The notes: generated by a model not told the origin, from the letters alone. Shown: positions 1 to 11,262, counted from the first letter of the stretch. The stretch: 64,000 nt of DNA from an uncultured virus (IMG/VR IMGVR_UViG_3300010160_000028) (IMGVR_UViG_3300010160_000028), one strand, 5' to 3'. Numbers and translations: made by a program.

Positions 1-1
1 T

Positions 2-1447
2 CTTGCGGTAGGTGAAAACTATCGAAAAGCTGAATCATATGTTTCTGAATTGCCTATTACTATTCCACCATCGATTTTTGATGAAACATACATTCAACTT
101 CCTGCTGTGATTTCAAGTGCATCATACTTTTCTCCTGCATCTTTGAGACCTATTATCTCACCAAAGAACGGCCACGGTTCAGATCCTTACAACGAACTCT
201 TTGCAAAGAGAGTATGTCTGAGTGCTAAATTTAATAATAGTGAAAGTGGAATTATTCCAACCGAAAATGACTTTCGACAAGTTGGCTTGATTAAGAATGC
301 GACTTTCACAAAGGTTGATATCAACCTCGCTAATACTATTGGTCCAGGTTTTTCGATTGGTGAAAAAGTCTATCAGTATCGAAAATTGAAATTGCATGGT
401 AACGTATCGATCACATCAGGTAGCACGACTATTCAAAAAACAAATTTTGGTCTTCTTTCTAATACTGCTACAATTGTAAGCGGAGGAGTAGGATACAATA
501 GTTCTGCAAATAACCAATTGGTGTTTAATAATTCCGGTACAAATGGAACAGGCGCAATAGGTACATTTGCAACAACTGCAAACGTTATTACTTCTGTTAC
601 AATATCGAACACAGGATCCGGATACACTTCAGCGCCTATCATCGGCTTCGATGCGGCTGCCGGAGGATCGAATGGCAGTATCACTATCGCTCTTGCAAAC
701 CCAGATGCTCCGACTTACAAAGATGCTTTCTCAGTTGGTGACTATGTTCTTGTCACAGACGGTTCGAATAATTATATCTCGACTGTCGCAAACGTTCCAG
801 AAGACTATCGCATCACAACTGCAAATACAACCAGTTCATTTACTGCAAATAATTGTGAAATCTCGGCTATTGTAGTTCAAGCAAGCGGCATCGTATCGTT
901 CTCTGGCTCAAGTCAAATCGAACTCTCAAACGTTGCAGGCGTATTTACTTCTGGTAGTCGTATCATCGGAGTCGGCGGTATGTCAGGAGATACAGTCATT
1001 CCTGTATCAGGTACGACCGCAACTATTACTGGAACACCTGAAATTAACGATAGAGCAGCAAGTTCATTCGAGTACTCTCGTCAACTGACACGCCTCATTG
1101 GCACTTTTAGTGTAGGTGGTGTACCGTTCCTTGAAGACGAAGAAATTCAACAAGAAAGTCTGATTGCATACGCACAACCTCGAGGCAGAGTTCATCATCT
1201 TGATGAGATCGACGGCGCTTCTGATATATTGTGGATTAGTAATAAATCAGGCATCTTTAATCTTGATCCTCGCGGAGTCAGAGATATTGCAGGCGCAGTA
1301 TCTTCTGCAGAGCTTTCCCCATTATTGAATAAATACAACGGAGACTTTGTAGTCGGTAGCGGCGAGGTTCTTTACTTAGAGAATCTTGATCCTATCGCTC
1401 GTAACGATAACAAATCAGAAATTATAAAGATAGTATTGGAGTTTTAA
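2..1447 (+). CDS. gp8: Baseplate wedge subunit, gp8-like (5' end truncated by window edge)
   Basis: Frame is open from position 2. The C-terminus 'SGEVLYLENLDPIARNDNKSEIIKIVLEF' is typical of gp8-like wedge proteins of T4-like phages, and the gene lies directly upstream of a VrlC-like gene. Confidence 0.75.
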   Translation, partial: LAVGENYRKAESYVSELPITIPPSIFDETYIQLPAVISSASYFSPASLRPIISPKNGHGSDPYNELFAKRVCLSAKFNNSESGIIPTENDFRQVGLIKNATFTKVDINLANTIGPGFSIGEKVYQYRKLKLHGNVSITSGSTTIQKTNFGLLSNTATIVSGGVGYNSSANNQLVFNNSGTNGTGAIGTFATTANVITSVTISNTGSGYTSAPIIGFDAAAGGSNGSITIALANPDAPTYKDAFSVGDYVLVTDGSNNYISTVANVPEDYRITTANTTSSFTANNCEISAIVVQASGIVSFSGSSQIELSNVAGVFTSGSRIIGVGGMSGDTVIPVSGTTATITGTPEINDRAASSFEYSRQLTRLIGTFSVGGVPFLEDEEIQQESLIAYAQPRGRVHHLDEIDGASDILWISNKSGIFNLDPRGVRDIAGAVSSAELSPLLNKYNGDFVVGSGEVLYLENLDPIARNDNKSEIIKIVLEF

Positions 1448-1451
1448 TTAA

Positions 1452-4400
1452 ATGGCTCTGGAAACCAACCTAAACGTATCTCCTTATTTTGATGACTTCG
1501 ATTCCAAGAAGGACTTTTATAAAGTTCTGTTCCAGCCTGGTGTCGCAGTTCAAGCACGTGAGCTGAATCAGCTCCAGTCTATTTTGCAAAATCAAATTGA
1601 GAAGTTTGGTGACAACGTATTCAAGCGTGGTACAATTATCGATGGTTGTACGATTACTAAGCATGACAAAGTTCCTTATATCAAGATCAACGATTTGACG
1701 ACTAATGGTCTACAAGTCGATATCACTCTTTATAATAATCGATATGTCAAGAACGCTGCAAATGTAGAAGCTTATATTGTAAAGACGACTTCCGGCTTGC
1801 AATCTCGTTCACCAGATTTGAACACACTATTTGTGAACTATATCAGTTCTGGAACAGATTTCGAAACTGATTCTTTTGCTGCCGATGAAACTCTCACAGT
1901 TTTCGATAAGTCTTATCCTATCTTTAATATCAAAGTCAACGACGGCGCTTCGAAGTTTGCGAATAATGATAGTGTAGTTGTGATGTCTGCTCTTGCAGTA
2001 CAGAATAGTACTGGCGGCGCTGCAAATGCTGCGCAGTTTCTCGCAAATTCTGTAATTCAAAATGGCGTTGCAAACGCAGTGATTATCGAAGCCAATATCA
2101 CTGCAAATAGTACCGCACTTATTTTGAAGGTAAGACCAGAGTATTCTGATCTTATTTCTGCAAATACGATCAAGTTCCGATTTGCTGCTGGTGAACAGAT
2201 TCGCAACTTCACATCTGGCGCATCTGCGAATGTAGTCGCAATCGTTGGTTCAGGCGCAGTCGGCTCGATTACAACAGACAGTTTAGGTAAAGTTACTGCA
2301 GTTCAGGTAATCGGTCAAGGTTCAGGGTATTATGTCGAGCCACATGTCACTATCGCCAACAATTCAACTACATCAACAGCTACCGCTACAGAATTAGGCG
2401 AGCTTGAACTTGTAGCAGAAACATTCCTCGCTACGATTCAAATAGCAAATGCCACCTCAGTTCCGATTGGTACTGGCTACGGCGTCACTATTGGAGAAGG
2501 TACGATCTATCAAAAAGGATTCTTTTCAAGAGTCGCTTCTCAGTTTGAAGTTGTAAACAAATATTCGAATACTGCTTTTGATAAGTCTGTTGGTTTCTAT
2601 ACGAATGAAAGTATCGTCAATTCAAATCAAGATCAAACACTTCTTGATAATGCCACCGGTACTTATAACTATGCGGCTCCTGGTGCAGATCGCCTCAAAC
2701 TCACACCAGTCATCAGCGTATTGACAAAAGCAGAAGCTGACGCAAATTCAGAATTTCTTCCGATCATTGAGTTTACAGATGGTCGACCATATCGTATTAA
2801 TCAAGATACTATCTATAATGTCATTAACCGCCAACTAGCAGCAAGAACATACGAAGAATCTGGAAACTATGTCATCAATCAGTTTCTTACAGCGACGAAA
2901 GATTCCGATACTTTCTCAGATACCGCTAGTCTTGTGAATATGAAAATCGACCCAGGTAAAGCTTATATTAACGGTATTCGTATCGAAACTATTGATAACT
3001 ATAAGCAAAACATGAATAAGGGTACGACGAAGCTGAATGATCCGGCTTCACAAACTCGTCTTGGTTATGGTAACTACTTCGAAGTCGACGAGCTTGTTGG
3101 TTCGTTTAACTTCGATATCGGCGGTCAAGTCGATCTTTATGATACTGCTGCTAATTATATTAGCACTGGCTCGACTACAATTTCTGCTACTGGTACAAAG
3201 ATTGGTACTGCAAGACTTCGTACTTTTGCTTATCAGAGTGGAGATATCGGCAACGCGAATGCTGTATATAGAATGTATCTCTTCGACATTAAGATGAACG
3301 CAGGCCAGAATACAAAAAATGTAAGAAGTATCTATTATAGCAGCGGTAATAAAGCAATCGCGGACGTCGTATTAAGTGCCGGAGAAGCAGTACTTTATGA
3401 CACATTTGATTCTTCTCTTCTCTTCAAGTTAAAAAGCGCCACTTCGAACGTGTCGAACATCACATATCAATATAGAACCATTAACACATCTGAAACTTCT
3501 AATTCTGCTGGTTACGTCGTTCTGAATCTTACATCTGGAGAATACTTTCCATATACTGAAGAGTTGAATACATCTGAAAAACGCGATTTGATTGTAATTC
3601 CAAACGGAAACTTTAAGTCTCAAAATAGTGCAACAGGCACTATTAGCACTGCGAATAATACAACTGCGAATGTTGTAGGAACTGGTTCATTATTTACTAC
3701 GCAATTTTCTCCTGGAGATTATGTTCTTCTTGCCAATTCTACGGCTGGAAATACGGCTGTAGCCCAAATCGCATCGATTGCAAACAGTACCTTAATGACT
3801 CTCGCCACCGTTCCAGGTAAAACATATTCTGGCGGTAGCATTACTCTTTATTATCCACAGAATATTCCGATCTCACTGACAAACAAAGCTACCAAGTGGG
3901 CGAACGTCGATAGTTCAAATAGTCAAATCATGACGATCTATGTCGGTAATAATGTCGCGAATGCTACTTCAAACGCTGCTGCTTCGATGCCAGTTTCTGT
4001 TGTTTATAATGCACAGAGAAACAATGTAAGCTCGGCAGCGAAAACATCAAACCGCGGTAACTATGCAAGAATTCGAATTGCAAATAACAATAGTGCAGGC
4101 ATTCAAGGCCCATGGCCGCTCGGCGTATCCGATGCCTATCGCCTGCGTGGAGTATATAAGAAAGACGCGACTGTTCAAGATGTTACGTTTAACGTAGCCA
4201 CAAATATTACAGGATCAGGAACAGCTAACGCGTTTATTACTATTACGAATAATCCATTCGCGAATGGCGATTCTCTTGTATATTCGAATGCCGCAGGTGT
4301 CGGAGTACTTGGCGGACTTGCAAATGCTACAGCATATTTTGCCGTATATGCAAATACATCTGGATTTGCACTCTCTGCTACTCGCGGAGGAGCAAATCTT

Positions 4401-6833
4401 ACTCTGACTTCAAACAGTACTTCTGTGCATAAGTTTACTGGTAATACCGCTTATTTTACAGAGAATACTTATGGAGTCACTGACGTCACGAATCAGTTTT
4501 ACATTGATTCTGGTCAAAACGAAGATTTTCTCGACATCTCTAAACTCGTAAGAAAACCAAGATATGATACACTCGGAGCGAATGATATTCTTCTTGTCAA
4601 GTTTGATGCTTTTCAATCCTCATCCGGTGTCAAGACAATTTCTTCCTATACCATTAATGACAGCGCAAATCTGACTTCTCTTGTAAGCGATACAAGCATT
4701 AACACGATGGAACTTCCAGAATTTCAAGGAAGTACAGGGATTTATTACGACGTCCGTGATTGCGTAGACCTTCGCCCTGCAGCCGCGAATACTATTAACT
4801 ATGTGACTGATATTTCTTCGGTGGCATCCGGTGCAAACTCTACTTCGATTATCAATCCTACATTTCCTTCAAATTCAAATTACTTTTCGTCAGCCAGTGC
4901 ATTTTTCCCTGTGCCTAACTCTACGCTGTCTGCAAACGTAAGTTCATATCTTGGAAGAGTCGATCGAGTTATCATTAATTCGAACGGTGGGTTTGAAATA
5001 AGAAACGGAGAGCCGAGTATTTCTCCTGCTGTACCGCCTTCTCAAGATAATTCTCTTACTCTACAAATATACAATATTCCGCCATATCCTTCTCTTCCAG
5101 AAATACTTTCGGCAGATATGATTGCTATTACTGATACAAAAGTGTCGAGTGCGATTTCCGGAAAAAGAAAGAACATTTATACTATCAGACCTATTATTGG
5201 TGCTGCTGAAAGATCACTCATTCAGCAACGTCGCTATACAATGTCAGACATTGGTAGTCTTGATAGAAGAATTAAAGATCTTGAGTATTACGTATCGTTT
5301 ACTCTTGCAGAAGCATTGGCAAAAGCAAGATTTATTCCGAGTAGCCTCGATGCGGCTCTTGACAGATTTAAGTTTGGCTTTTTCGTAGATCCATTCACTG
5401 ACTATGTTTATGCAGATGTCGGAAATCCAGAATTTTATGCTAATATTCGAAATGATCAGCTTGGACCATACTTGAACGAATTAAATCTTGGGTTTAAATC
5501 AGATACTGATGAAGATGGTATTCTGACACTTCCATATAATGAGTTTGTGATTGGAGAGCAAAGCATTGCAACAGATGGTCCTCTTCCTACAGTAGATCCT
5601 ACAGTAGATCCTACAGTAGATCCTGTGCCAGTTACAAACACAACAGGCGAAGTCACTGTTACGACTGTTACTCAAAGAATAGAGTCAGTTATAGAAAGAG
5701 AAAGAAGCACAAGCGCTTCTGACTCCGGTACTGTATATGAAGAATTCACTTACAGATTCAGTAGTCTTTCTGGTCCAGCAGAGCTTTATGTAGTTTCGCG
5801 AGACAATTATATTTCTGCGACTGTTTATCAAGGAACTTCACAAAACGGTCCATTTACGGCCACACAAACTTCTTCTTCTGCATCTGGTATCACTAGTGCC
5901 GATATCGCTAGACTCTATCAAATAAATCAATTAAATGATGGCCGAGGTGTTGAACATGTCGGAAGTATAGAGCGTAAGTCAATTCCTTCTGGCATCGATT
6001 CTGGTACTTTCATGGAAGATCAATTTAAGATTACATGGACACACGATCCTTCTGCAGGACAATATGTAAAGGTAAGAATATACAAAGGTAAAAAGCACGG
6101 CGGACTCTTCGGAGGACAAGGAAGAACCGGTACTTACGGGTACCTTATGCAATATCCTACAGATTCTGTGACGACATCAGTAATAACAGTGCCGAATCCA
6201 AATACGTTTGAGTATACGGGTGTAATACATAATATTAATCCAAATTCATTCACGATTACCAATTCATTAATAAATTATTATGTTTTTGGTAGTGGCATCA
6301 ACTTAAATTATGTTGCCGATTCTCAGAAGTTTACAATTTCTGTGTCTGGTTTGAAACCTAATACGAATCATACGTTTACCTTCGATGGAGAAGATAAAAC
6401 TTCGAAGTGTTCACAAGTAAGAACTTCTACAACGAATACGACTGGTCTTCGAAGCGATGAAAACGGTATTTTGACATTCGATTTTTATTATGATGCTGGT
6501 CTTGATGAGGCAACAACAGATGTTACTGCTCAAAATCGTATTATCTCGAATATCGCCGGACAAAAACGATTTGTAATTGAAAATACTGGAGGCACTTCGC
6601 GAGCAGCAGGTGTAATTACTCTTGCTTACTACTCGAATCTTCCTATACAAGAAGAATCTTTGAATATATCTCAGTCGACCACAGCTGCCTCAGTTTCACA
6701 GGCTGATGCCACAACGACTGGCAATACAACTCAGCCGCCCGTTGATACATTTATTGATCCAAGTGGAAGCTACAATGTACAGAGACTTGACTTTAGAAAC
6801 TTCGAATCGCAGATAAATTTTAATATACCATAA
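1452..6833 (+). CDS. Large baseplate/virion structural protein, VrlC/DUF4815-like (N-terminal part)
   Basis: N-terminus 'NLNVSPYFDDFD..KDFYKVLFQPG.AVQARELNQLQSILQNQIEKFG', internal 'APGADRLK' and 'RRYTMSDIG.LD.RI..LEYY' are characteristic of this family. Confidence 0.8.
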   Translation: MALETNLNVSPYFDDFDSKKDFYKVLFQPGVAVQARELNQLQSILQNQIEKFGDNVFKRGTIIDGCTITKHDKVPYIKINDLTTNGLQVDITLYNNRYVKNAANVEAYIVKTTSGLQSRSPDLNTLFVNYISSGTDFETDSFAADETLTVFDKSYPIFNIKVNDGASKFANNDSVVVMSALAVQNSTGGAANAAQFLANSVIQNGVANAVIIEANITANSTALILKVRPEYSDLISANTIKFRFAAGEQIRNFTSGASANVVAIVGSGAVGSITTDSLGKVTAVQVIGQGSGYYVEPHVTIANNSTTSTATATELGELELVAETFLATIQIANATSVPIGTGYGVTIGEGTIYQKGFFSRVASQFEVVNKYSNTAFDKSVGFYTNESIVNSNQDQTLLDNATGTYNYAAPGADRLKLTPVISVLTKAEADANSEFLPIIEFTDGRPYRINQDTIYNVINRQLAARTYEESGNYVINQFLTATKDSDTFSDTASLVNMKIDPGKAYINGIRIETIDNYKQNMNKGTTKLNDPASQTRLGYGNYFEVDELVGSFNFDIGGQVDLYDTAANYISTGSTTISATGTKIGTARLRTFAYQSGDIGNANAVYRMYLFDIKMNAGQNTKNVRSIYYSSGNKAIADVVLSAGEAVLYDTFDSSLLFKLKSATSNVSNITYQYRTINTSETSNSAGYVVLNLTSGEYFPYTEELNTSEKRDLIVIPNGNFKSQNSATGTISTANNTTANVVGTGSLFTTQFSPGDYVLLANSTAGNTAVAQIASIANSTLMTLATVPGKTYSGGSITLYYPQNIPISLTNKATKWANVDSSNSQIMTIYVGNNVANATSNAAASMPVSVVYNAQRNNVSSAAKTSNRGNYARIRIANNNSAGIQGPWPLGVSDAYRLRGVYKKDATVQDVTFNVATNITGSGTANAFITITNNPFANGDSLVYSNAAGVGVLGGLANATAYFAVYANTSGFALSATRGGANLTLTSNSTSVHKFTGNTAYFTENTYGVTDVTNQFYIDSGQNEDFLDISKLVRKPRYDTLGANDILLVKFDAFQSSSGVKTISSYTINDSANLTSLVSDTSINTMELPEFQGSTGIYYDVRDCVDLRPAAANTINYVTDISSVASGANSTSIINPTFPSNSNYFSSASAFFPVPNSTLSANVSSYLGRVDRVIINSNGGFEIRNGEPSISPAVPPSQDNSLTLQIYNIPPYPSLPEILSADMIAITDTKVSSAISGKRKNIYTIRPIIGAAERSLIQQRRYTMSDIGSLDRRIKDLEYYVSFTLAEALAKARFIPSSLDAALDRFKFGFFVDPFTDYVYADVGNPEFYANIRNDQLGPYLNELNLGFKSDTDEDGILTLPYNEFVIGEQSIATDGPLPTVDPTVDPTVDPVPVTNTTGEVTVTTVTQRIESVIERERSTSASDSGTVYEEFTYRFSSLSGPAELYVVSRDNYISATVYQGTSQNGPFTATQTSSSASGITSADIARLYQINQLNDGRGVEHVGSIERKSIPSGIDSGTFMEDQFKITWTHDPSAGQYVKVRIYKGKKHGGLFGGQGRTGTYGYLMQYPTDSVTTSVITVPNPNTFEYTGVIHNINPNSFTITNSLINYYVFGSGINLNYVADSQKFTISVSGLKPNTNHTFTFDGEDKTSKCSQVRTSTTNTTGLRSDENGILTFDFYYDAGLDEATTDVTAQNRIISNIAGQKRFVIENTGGTSRAAGVITLAYYSNLPIQEESLNISQSTTAASVSQADATTTGNTTQPPVDTFIDPSGSYNVQRLDFRNFESQINFNIP
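5586..5624 (+). repeat. 12-bp tandem repeat (CCTACAGTAGAT)x3 encoding a PTVD linker
   Basis: Three exact copies read directly from the sequence. Confidence 0.9.
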
Positions 6834-6879
6834 GATCGATAGCGCGATAGATAAATAATAAAAATAAAAGAGGAAATGC

Positions 6880-8991
6880 ATGTCTTTTAATTATATTCAA
6901 ACCTTTTACGTGAATCCGCAAACGGTAGCTAGTGCGCCAGAAGTCATGCTCACATCTATCGACGTATTCTTTAAGGCTAAACCTGTTCGCGGAGCCACAG
7001 TTTCTGGTGCAGTCGCTCCGACAGTGAACGCTTGGATCTGTGAAGTAGAAAACGATTCTCCTTTTGAGACTCGTCAAATTTTAAACTCTATGACTTTGAT
7101 TGAGTATGATTTTATTTCTACTTCTCAAGATGCTTCGGCGGCGACTGTCATTGGATTTCGAAATCCTGTGAGACTTGCGACTGGAAAGCATTATGGATTA
7201 GTTCTTAAATTTAACGATCCAGGATTTGATGTATGGCAAAACGTACTTAGTCATAGACTTGTAACAGATGGTCAAGTTACGAACACTTTGTCAGTGGGTT
7301 CAAGAGGAACACACGGCGGCAAGTTATATGTTCCTACAAACACTTCTTCTCATCGTTCTCTGAGTGACAGAGATTTAAAATTTAAAGTCAAAGTAGCCAG
7401 ATATACTGCTAACAACATTGTAATTAGTCTTGTGAATAAAGACTATGAGTTTTTCACAATCGACAACACGAATACCGGCGCTTTCATCGGCGGAGAATAT
7501 ATCTATCAAGATATTGCCAATGCTACGGGGACTGTCACAGTTTCAACAACGAGTTTAAATGTAATCGGTACGGCAACAACATTTACTAATCTTTTACCTG
7601 CATCAAAAATTTTAGTTCAAAGCGGAGGCTCGAAACAAGTATTATCTGTGAATGCGATTACCAATGCTACTCACATGACAATTGCAAGCTTGCCATCTTT
7701 TTCTGCTTCTGGAATCGGTTTTAAAGTTCCTCCGATCGCAGCAGCCTATAATATCGATTATCCAAAATATAAGTTGATTTTGGTAGACTCAACTGCAAAT
7801 GCTACAAATAAATTTGCGGTGAGTGGGGGAAGAATTATAGGAGAGATATCCGGAGCAACCGCAAATATTGCTTCGATCGATCGCTATCCGGTTGATAACT
7901 TTAAACCTTCGTTCCTCATTGGTAATCCTTCTGGTTCTACGTTTACTCTCGACTATAAGATCGCCAATTCTGCCAATCAGTTGTCTTCTACATCATCGAA
8001 TATTAATCTTCTTCAGATGAATGACTCGGTAACTACAGGATATATCTTATCGAGATCAGTCGAAGTTGATACTTCGAAGAGCTCGAATCTTTTCGGAGAC
8101 AAAAGAAAGTCAGTTGTCGCAAATTTAAATATTACAGTGAGTAGTGCAGACATCGATCGCTTTGCTGTTCCTTATGCAACCACACGTGAACTTGACTTCT
8201 ACTTTTATCAAAACGACATTAATAATGTTTACACTGAGACAAGAACAGTCGGACTGAGCAGTATTACTGACTACGACACAGAAACTGGTGCAAATGGCCT
8301 TGCGAAATCCAAGTATATTTCAAAAGTTATTAAATTTGCTCAAGATAAGAGAGCAGAAGATATCGTAGTATATCTGACAGGATATCGTCCAGCTGGAACA
8401 GAAATCAAAGTTTATGCAAAAATTCATAACGCAGCAGACAGAGAATCATTTCAAAGCAAAGCCTGGACTCCTCTTGTATTGAAAGACAATATTGATCGCT
8501 TTAGCTCGACAGATCCAAATGATATGTATGAATTTACATATGGATTTGATACAGCTCCCGAACTTCAAGTTGCTCTTGCCGGAACCGGCGCAATTACTTA
8601 TGGTTCAAATAGCATTACTACAACAAACAATCATTCTGCGACGTTAACTGCCGGTGATTTGATTCGAATCAAAGATCAAGACGTTGGTAATCACGAAGTG
8701 TTTACAGTTTCGGCAGCAAATACTACTGCTATCAATACATATCGAAACATTACAACCTCAAGTCTCGTGTCGGCTGGAGTTACAAGATCAGATATTGTTA
8801 TCGATAAACTGAAGTATAGAAATGTTGCTTGGAACAATGTTGAAAATGATAATACTGTAAGATATGTTAATTCTGAATATGTAGAATTCGATCAATATAC
8901 ATCAATGCAAATTAAGATTGTTCTTCTTGCAACACAAACTCATATCGTTCCGAAAGTAGAAGTGATTCAAGTCATCGGAGTTTCTGCATAA
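6880..8991 (+). CDS. Virion structural protein resembling the C-terminal part of VrlC/DUF4815-like proteins
   Basis: Motifs 'QTFYV...LTSIDVFF..KP', 'DLKFKV..A.Y', 'SKYISK' and C-terminal 'IKIVL......VPKV..IQVI'; synteny with the upstream gene. Confidence 0.65.
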   Translation: MSFNYIQTFYVNPQTVASAPEVMLTSIDVFFKAKPVRGATVSGAVAPTVNAWICEVENDSPFETRQILNSMTLIEYDFISTSQDASAATVIGFRNPVRLATGKHYGLVLKFNDPGFDVWQNVLSHRLVTDGQVTNTLSVGSRGTHGGKLYVPTNTSSHRSLSDRDLKFKVKVARYTANNIVISLVNKDYEFFTIDNTNTGAFIGGEYIYQDIANATGTVTVSTTSLNVIGTATTFTNLLPASKILVQSGGSKQVLSVNAITNATHMTIASLPSFSASGIGFKVPPIAAAYNIDYPKYKLILVDSTANATNKFAVSGGRIIGEISGATANIASIDRYPVDNFKPSFLIGNPSGSTFTLDYKIANSANQLSSTSSNINLLQMNDSVTTGYILSRSVEVDTSKSSNLFGDKRKSVVANLNITVSSADIDRFAVPYATTRELDFYFYQNDINNVYTETRTVGLSSITDYDTETGANGLAKSKYISKVIKFAQDKRAEDIVVYLTGYRPAGTEIKVYAKIHNAADRESFQSKAWTPLVLKDNIDRFSSTDPNDMYEFTYGFDTAPELQVALAGTGAITYGSNSITTTNNHSATLTAGDLIRIKDQDVGNHEVFTVSAANTTAINTYRNITTSSLVSAGVTRSDIVIDKLKYRNVAWNNVENDNTVRYVNSEYVEFDQYTSMQIKIVLLATQTHIVPKVEVIQVIGVSA

Positions 8992-9200
8992 TGTTAGTGA
9001 AGACTGAAACCGCCGGATTCATGAAAGATACTTCGACTGGAGCTTTCATAAATACTGATGATACAGCTTATGCAAAGTTTGTGGCAGAAAGATCGAATGC
9101 CAAGAATAGTAAAGATCTTTGTAATAGAATAAATGCAGTCGAAGACGACTTGAAAGAAATTAAAAATCTACTCTTACAAGTAGTGAATGGAAGAAATTAA
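8991..9200 (+). CDS. Small hypothetical protein with C-terminal coiled coil
   Basis: 69 aa, translationally coupled (TAATG) on both sides. Confidence 0.7.
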   Translation: MLVKTETAGFMKDTSTGAFINTDDTAYAKFVAERSNAKNSKDLCNRINAVEDDLKEIKNLLLQVVNGRN

Positions 9201-11254
9201 TGTCAAGACCAGTAGCTAACGTTGATGTAATTACCGACTCGTTTGAGATTTGGCTCCTTGAGACCAATGAACTTCTTCACGCGCTCTCGACAGAAATCAT
9301 TACGGCAAATAGTACATATGCAAACACAGGTAACACTGCGTTTCCAAGAACAGCTCAGTTATACGGAACATTTGGTGCAAACAACCTAGTTGTAAAAGAC
9401 TGGATGAAAGGCGGAAACGTCAACGGTTCGTTTGCGAATCTTATGATCAGTACGAATACAGTTTTGAGTAATACTACCGCGACTGAAATTCGACTTGAGG
9501 TTGCCAACGGTTCTTCAAACTCTTTCATGTGGCAATATGGTTTGCATGCTGGTTTGACTGGCGCAAATCTTGTCGCCAATACGACGAAGCTGACGATTCA
9601 ATCAAATGCCACAGTCAATACTACGGCAAATGCTACTCTTGTCAGTGTTGCAAATAGCACATCTTCGGCAAACGTAGATGCTATCAGTTTTAAAACTGGC
9701 CTTTTCGTAGCGAATACGATTCAGATTACATTAGGTGCCAATGTCACTGCCAATGCCACGAACGGCGGAACGATTCAGGTGACCGGATCAGGAGCAGTCG
9801 GTAACAGTGTATCAAATAGCAGCGGTCTATATGTAGGCAATACTGTTACGAACAGTCAGATCACGAGTGTTCGATTCTTTGCTGCAGAAGGTAGTAATAC
9901 TGTACTCGCAAACAATCAGATCATCAGTATGGTGAATAGCACTTCATCTGCCAATATCGATCCTATCAGTTTTAAGACAGGTATCTTTACTGCGAATACC
10001 ATTCAGATTTCACTTGGCGCCAACGTCACCGCAAATGCTACTAACGGTGGTACAGTTCAAGTCACTGGAACAAGTACGATCGGTAATACAGTTGCAAATA
10101 GTACCGGTCTACACGTAAGTAATAGTTTAAACTCTTCGCAAGTCACAGCAATTCGTTTCCTTGCATCAGAAGGTTCGAATACCACTCTTGCAAATACTCG
10201 AATCATTAGCATCGCCAATTCGAGTGCCACGGCAAACATCGAACCAAATGCATTTAAAACTGGCATCTTTACTGCCAATACTATTCAGATTTCGCTCGGT
10301 GCCAATGTCACTGCCAATGCCACGAATGGCGGAACGATTCAGGTGACTGGAACATCTACTATCGGTAACACAGTTGCTAATAGTAGTGGAATCTTTGTAA
10401 GTAACAGTCTTAACTCGGCTGAACATTCAGCTGTCAGATTTTATGCAGTCGAAGGTTCGAACACTACTCTTGCAAATACAAGAATCATCAGCATTGCCAA
10501 TGCAACATCGACGTCGAATGTCACACCAACAGGATTCTTTGCTGGTATTGTCATTGCCAACCAAACAGTTGTTGCGGTCGGTGCGAACGTCTTTGCCAAT
10601 GCCACTTCATTGCTTGTCGGCAATTCTTCATTCAACACAGTCGTCGGTAACGGATCGATTACTGCATCTGCTAATCTTACCATTACGCCGACAAGTCACC
10701 TTGTCGTTGTCGGTGCTGCGACAGTCAGTTCGAACGTTGCTCTTGCAAATACTCTTTCAGTTGTAGGAAATACAACTCTTTCGAATACGCTCGCTGTGAC
10801 TGGAGCAACTACGCTTTCTAGCACACTTGGTGTCACTGGAGCTGCAACACTTTCGAATACGATTGCTGTCACTGGTGCGGCTTCTTATGCAAACATCGTG
10901 ACTTTCAAGACTGAACATGTGGTTGATGTCTTTGCGAATGGAAACCTTGGAGCTACAACCGGTTCTGATCTTCTTGTCTTCGAATATCCAAAAGCAGATT
11001 ATAGCACTGCTAAGCTTCTCATTCAATTAAAGAATACCGGAAATACACAAATTTCTGAAGTACTTCTTGCACATGATAACTCGACGGCGCAATTGACCAC
11101 ATACGGTACAGTTTCTTCACCGGTTGCAGCTAATTCCGGAGTCAGTTTACTTGGTACATTCTCTGCGAACGTGGCCACCGCAAATGTAAGAGTATATGTC
11201 AATCAGACTCGATCAAGCACAGCTGCAAAAGTTGTAGCGCAATTCATTAAGTAA
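9200..11254 (+). CDS. Fibre-like virion structural protein with three 94-aa repeats
   Basis: N/T/S/A-rich beta-repeat composition, 'DSFEIWL..TNEL' N-terminus and location among structural genes. Confidence 0.65.
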   Translation: MSRPVANVDVITDSFEIWLLETNELLHALSTEIITANSTYANTGNTAFPRTAQLYGTFGANNLVVKDWMKGGNVNGSFANLMISTNTVLSNTTATEIRLEVANGSSNSFMWQYGLHAGLTGANLVANTTKLTIQSNATVNTTANATLVSVANSTSSANVDAISFKTGLFVANTIQITLGANVTANATNGGTIQVTGSGAVGNSVSNSSGLYVGNTVTNSQITSVRFFAAEGSNTVLANNQIISMVNSTSSANIDPISFKTGIFTANTIQISLGANVTANATNGGTVQVTGTSTIGNTVANSTGLHVSNSLNSSQVTAIRFLASEGSNTTLANTRIISIANSSATANIEPNAFKTGIFTANTIQISLGANVTANATNGGTIQVTGTSTIGNTVANSSGIFVSNSLNSAEHSAVRFYAVEGSNTTLANTRIISIANATSTSNVTPTGFFAGIVIANQTVVAVGANVFANATSLLVGNSSFNTVVGNGSITASANLTITPTSHLVVVGAATVSSNVALANTLSVVGNTTLSNTLAVTGATTLSSTLGVTGAATLSNTIAVTGAASYANIVTFKTEHVVDVFANGNLGATTGSDLLVFEYPKADYSTAKLLIQLKNTGNTQISEVLLAHDNSTAQLTTYGTVSSPVAANSGVSLLGTFSANVATANVRVYVNQTRSSTAAKVVAQFIK
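9650..10510 (+). repeat. 282-bp (94-aa) internal tandem repeat, 3 copies plus a partial
   Basis: Units begin near 9650, 9932, 10214 and 10496; each full unit contains 'FKTG.F.ANTIQI.LGANVTANATNGGT.QVTG'. Confidence 0.85.
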
Positions 11255-11262
11255 GGTAAAAT

